Shown: positions 61,525 through 64,000 of the stretch, in pieces
How the letters are laid out: each line of letters begins with the position of its first letter
Numbering within the stretch: position 1 is the stretch's first letter
Source of the DNA: an uncultured Gammaproteobacteria bacterium
GTDB taxonomy: Bacteria > Patescibacteriota > Microgenomatia > UBA8517
NCBI GenBank assembly: GCA_964427735.1
Contig: CAYRUS010000001.1
Location: forward strand, 98,173-162,172
Direction: 5' to 3'
DNA length: 64,000 nt
The notes under the pieces: generated by a model
Seen by the model: only the letters and a program-made list of their open reading frames with translations
Told to the model about the DNA's origin: nothing
The model's database searches: none
Program-made: the position numbers and the translations under genes

Positions 61525-63525
61525 TTATAGCTTAATAATTAATTCTTTGTCTCTTTTTAGAGTAAATTCTTCTATTCTTCCATTTACATCAATCAAATGC
61601 AGTGGGCCATCGGTACCGGGTTGTTTTTGGATAAGTAGTTTATAATCTTTTTCAGCTTTAACTGGAATTTTATATGTAAGACTTACTTTAGAAACACCTT
61701 GAGGACGCAGCCTAAAATAACCTGCAAATACAGTTTTATCTAATTCTTCGTAAGGATCGACTTTTTCTTCAACACCAGTAAAATCTATTAACTCACTTCC
61801 TCTCGGAACATAAACTCTTACCCAATTTGGCAGAACAGAGTTTAACCATCCATCATGTTCCTTTGGGTTTTTATATGTAATAACCACAGTCTTTTCCATA
61901 CTTCCATCCTCAGAAATTGACAACTTCTGTTCTACTTCATGAGTTGCATAAAGATTAGATTTCCTCCCACCTAAATTAGCATTATTTATGTGCAAATAAT
62001 CACCATCATAATCTTTAATTGTTCCTGCGACACCAAATTTTTCAAACGCTTCTTGCTCGCCATTCTCCATCATGTAAAAGAGAATATGCTTTTCAAGCAT
62101 AGAAGAAAATCCAGCTTGCACAAGTTGAGGCAATTTTTCTTTTGGTTGTCCTAGAGTATTTGCCATAATAGAATTCATCAAAGGACCAATTATTCCTTTT
62201 CTATCCTCAGAATTTGGTGGTCTATAAACAATTTCTCCTGTATTTGGATCCCAAACGATAGGACCTTCCACGTCAGCAAAACTCTCAAGCTCATAAATAA
62301 CCTGTGGACAGTGACATTCTTCAACAATTTCAGTGCTAAAATTTCCAAATCCTGACACACCTATTGGTCCTATTACGTCAAGTATCTTAACCAGAACTTC
62401 AGTGTCAACTGCAATAACACCATCGATATCATCAATCCCTGCTAGCTCTGCCTCTCTTGTAAACAGATCCATACTCTCTTTAAAATCAGGAGACCAATTC
62501 ATATCTCTTAGTCTAAGGTTTGGAGACAAAACATAGGGACCTTTAATATATTTGATAATTGGTTCAGGGGCTTCTATTGTTGGCTCGTATTTTGAATCAA
62601 GATCATATATATCACTAGAATCAGAAGGGTTAAAGGTTGCTTTATTAACATTCATGATTGTATATGCTGTCATAAAACCACCTGTTGGTCTTAATTCTTT
62701 GTCATTTTGGAAAATAACTAAATAATTTCTTTCTCCATTCATACCCAAAATATCAGGAGCTTCAGATAATAATGGTGCTCCATTTGTAGTAAATAAAGTT
62801 ATGTCTTCCGAAAGCTGGAGCATTTTGGAAATTTCATTTCTAACATTAATGTCTGAAATTTTCTCTGGGTAATCGTACGGATCAATATGCTGAAGCTCTT
62901 TATTGGCAAACTGGACTTTTGATGAGATTTCTCCTATTTTGGGTTCTAGTTCTGGCAAACTATTCACAATAAAGTCCATTCTGTCTTTAGCTGTTTGTTG
63001 TCCGTCTTGTTCAACTTCAGAACCAGAATATCCAAAAACATCAGAGTACGGCTTAATTGCTTCCAATAAAACTTCTCCTGCCTCAAAACCATATTTTGCA
63101 GCAGTTAGTCCATGACCTAAATCATCTGAATATTTTCCTACAATGGGCACAAATTTCGTCCAGCTAATAATTTTATAAGCACCGGTCAATCTTTTTAGAC
63201 TTTCTTTTGTATTTGTCATTTCAACTTGAATTTGATCTATATTCTGAGTCTCAGCTGTAGCTGCCAAGACCTTTATCTGGTTCTTAAATGAGAGGGATGC
63301 AAATAGGAAATACAAAAATGGAGATATCAATAATAAAATTAATACACCAGATATTAAAATCAGTTTAAGATTTTTTTTGTTAGCTAATCTTGTCTTCCAG
63401 TTTGTTTTTATTTTTTCTGTCATGTTATTTTTAATTTCTGGAATTCTAAAAGCTCCACTTTCATTATCCTCTTGACTCAATGGCTCATCAGTATTTTCTA
63501 ATTCTATTCTCTTTATTTCACTCAT
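61525..63525 (-). CDS. DUF4012-like membrane-anchored protein
   Basis: TM; YLVIFQN..ELRPTGGF, RD.NWSPDF, DGVIAVD, NANLGG.KSN, RVYVP.GS, QKQPG. Confidence 0.82.
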   Translation of the reverse strand: MSEIKRIELENTDEPLSQEDNESGAFRIPEIKNNMTEKIKTNWKTRLANKKNLKLILISGVLILLLISPFLYFLFASLSFKNQIKVLAATAETQNIDQIQVEMTNTKESLKRLTGAYKIISWTKFVPIVGKYSDDLGHGLTAAKYGFEAGEVLLEAIKPYSDVFGYSGSEVEQDGQQTAKDRMDFIVNSLPELEPKIGEISSKVQFANKELQHIDPYDYPEKISDINVRNEISKMLQLSEDITLFTTNGAPLLSEAPDILGMNGERNYLVIFQNDKELRPTGGFMTAYTIMNVNKATFNPSDSSDIYDLDSKYEPTIEAPEPIIKYIKGPYVLSPNLRLRDMNWSPDFKESMDLFTREAELAGIDDIDGVIAVDTEVLVKILDVIGPIGVSGFGNFSTEIVEECHCPQVIYELESFADVEGPIVWDPNTGEIVYRPPNSEDRKGIIGPLMNSIMANTLGQPKEKLPQLVQAGFSSMLEKHILFYMMENGEQEAFEKFGVAGTIKDYDGDYLHINNANLGGRKSNLYATHEVEQKLSISEDGSMEKTVVITYKNPKEHDGWLNSVLPNWVRVYVPRGSELIDFTGVEEKVDPYEELDKTVFAGYFRLRPQGVSKVSLTYKIPVKAEKDYKLLIQKQPGTDGPLHLIDVNGRIEEFTLKRDKELIIKL

Positions 63526-63531
63526 TTTAGT

Positions 63532-64000
63532 TTAAACAGCTCCTTTACCACTTATCATTGTCCATGGTGTTTTAAGTAAAATCAAAATATCTAACAAAAT
63601 TGAGCTTTTACGAGCATAATATGCATCCATTTCAATTCTCTTGTCAAAGTTTACCTCACTTCTTCCTGTAACCTGCCAAAATCCGGTGATCCCTGGTTTT
63701 GATTGTAATGCCTCTTTTACTAATTTTTTAGTATGCGGATATTTTTTTTGTTGCTCTTTAAGTTCATCCGGAAAATAAGCTCTTGGTCCTACAATACTCA
63801 TTTCTCCCTTTAATACATTTATAAACTGAGGCATCTCGTCGATTGAATATTTTCTAATAAATTTACCTATTGGCGTTACTCTTGGATCATTGTTTAGTTT
63901 GTAACTGGAGTTTTTATATTCTTCGTAGAGCTTCTTGAACTTTGGATCAGTTCGAAGCTTGTCATGTGCATTCACAATCATAGATCGAAGCTTATACATC
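63532..64000 (-). CDS. Polyprenyl-phosphate sugar phosphotransferase (WbaP/EpsL-type), 5' part outside window
   Basis: YKLRSM, DPRVT..GKFIRK.SIDE.PQF.NVLKGEMS.VGPR, KPGITG.WQV.GR. Confidence 0.93.
   Translation of the reverse strand, partial: MYKLRSMIVNAHDKLRTDPKFKKLYEEYKNSSYKLNNDPRVTPIGKFIRKYSIDEMPQFINVLKGEMSIVGPRAYFPDELKEQQKKYPHTKKLVKEALQSKPGITGFWQVTGRSEVNFDKRIEMDAYYARKSSILLDILILLKTPWTMISGKGAV

Noticed and set aside
1-64000. Alternative genetic code (UGA=Gly) as the cause of split genes
   Set aside because: Conserved genes such as dnaE and ftsA end normally at TGA, and the splits are frame changes or TAA/TAG stops

Overview
AT-rich bacterial chromosomal segment in standard genetic code. 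Gene content points to a Patescibacteria/CPR genome, probably Microgenomates; this is inferred from the N-domain-less ClpB, short MurE/MurF, DUF4012 protein and many ORFans. Most genes are on the minus strand. Housekeeping blocks: yraN-rplS-dnaE, gatC-gatA-MFS-gatB, CIRCE-regulated clpB, htpX-lemA-polX, a surface-glycan cluster, lepB, parB-rpmA-rplU, rodA-ileS, a dcw cluster (mraZ to ftsZ) and glyS-recO. There are four tRNAs (Asp, Gly, Thr, Val), none with an encoded CCA. Most notable observations: (1) downstream of tRNA-Asp, unrelated cargo genes are separated by three related repeats (two identical over 26 bp) whose right half resembles the tRNA-Asp 3' end, with no integrase in the window, suggesting a tRNA-anchored cassette array; (2) three putative cytoplasmic peptidases are inserted between murE and murF in a dcw cluster that lacks murC/murD/ddl and has frameshifted murA and murB; (3) a divergent processive GT2 plus TIM-barrel hydrolase module; (4) many apparently leaderless genes; (5) an IleRS with altered HIGH/KMSKS motifs. 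All family calls come from motif recognition by eye; no searches were run. The frameshifts could be sequencing errors.
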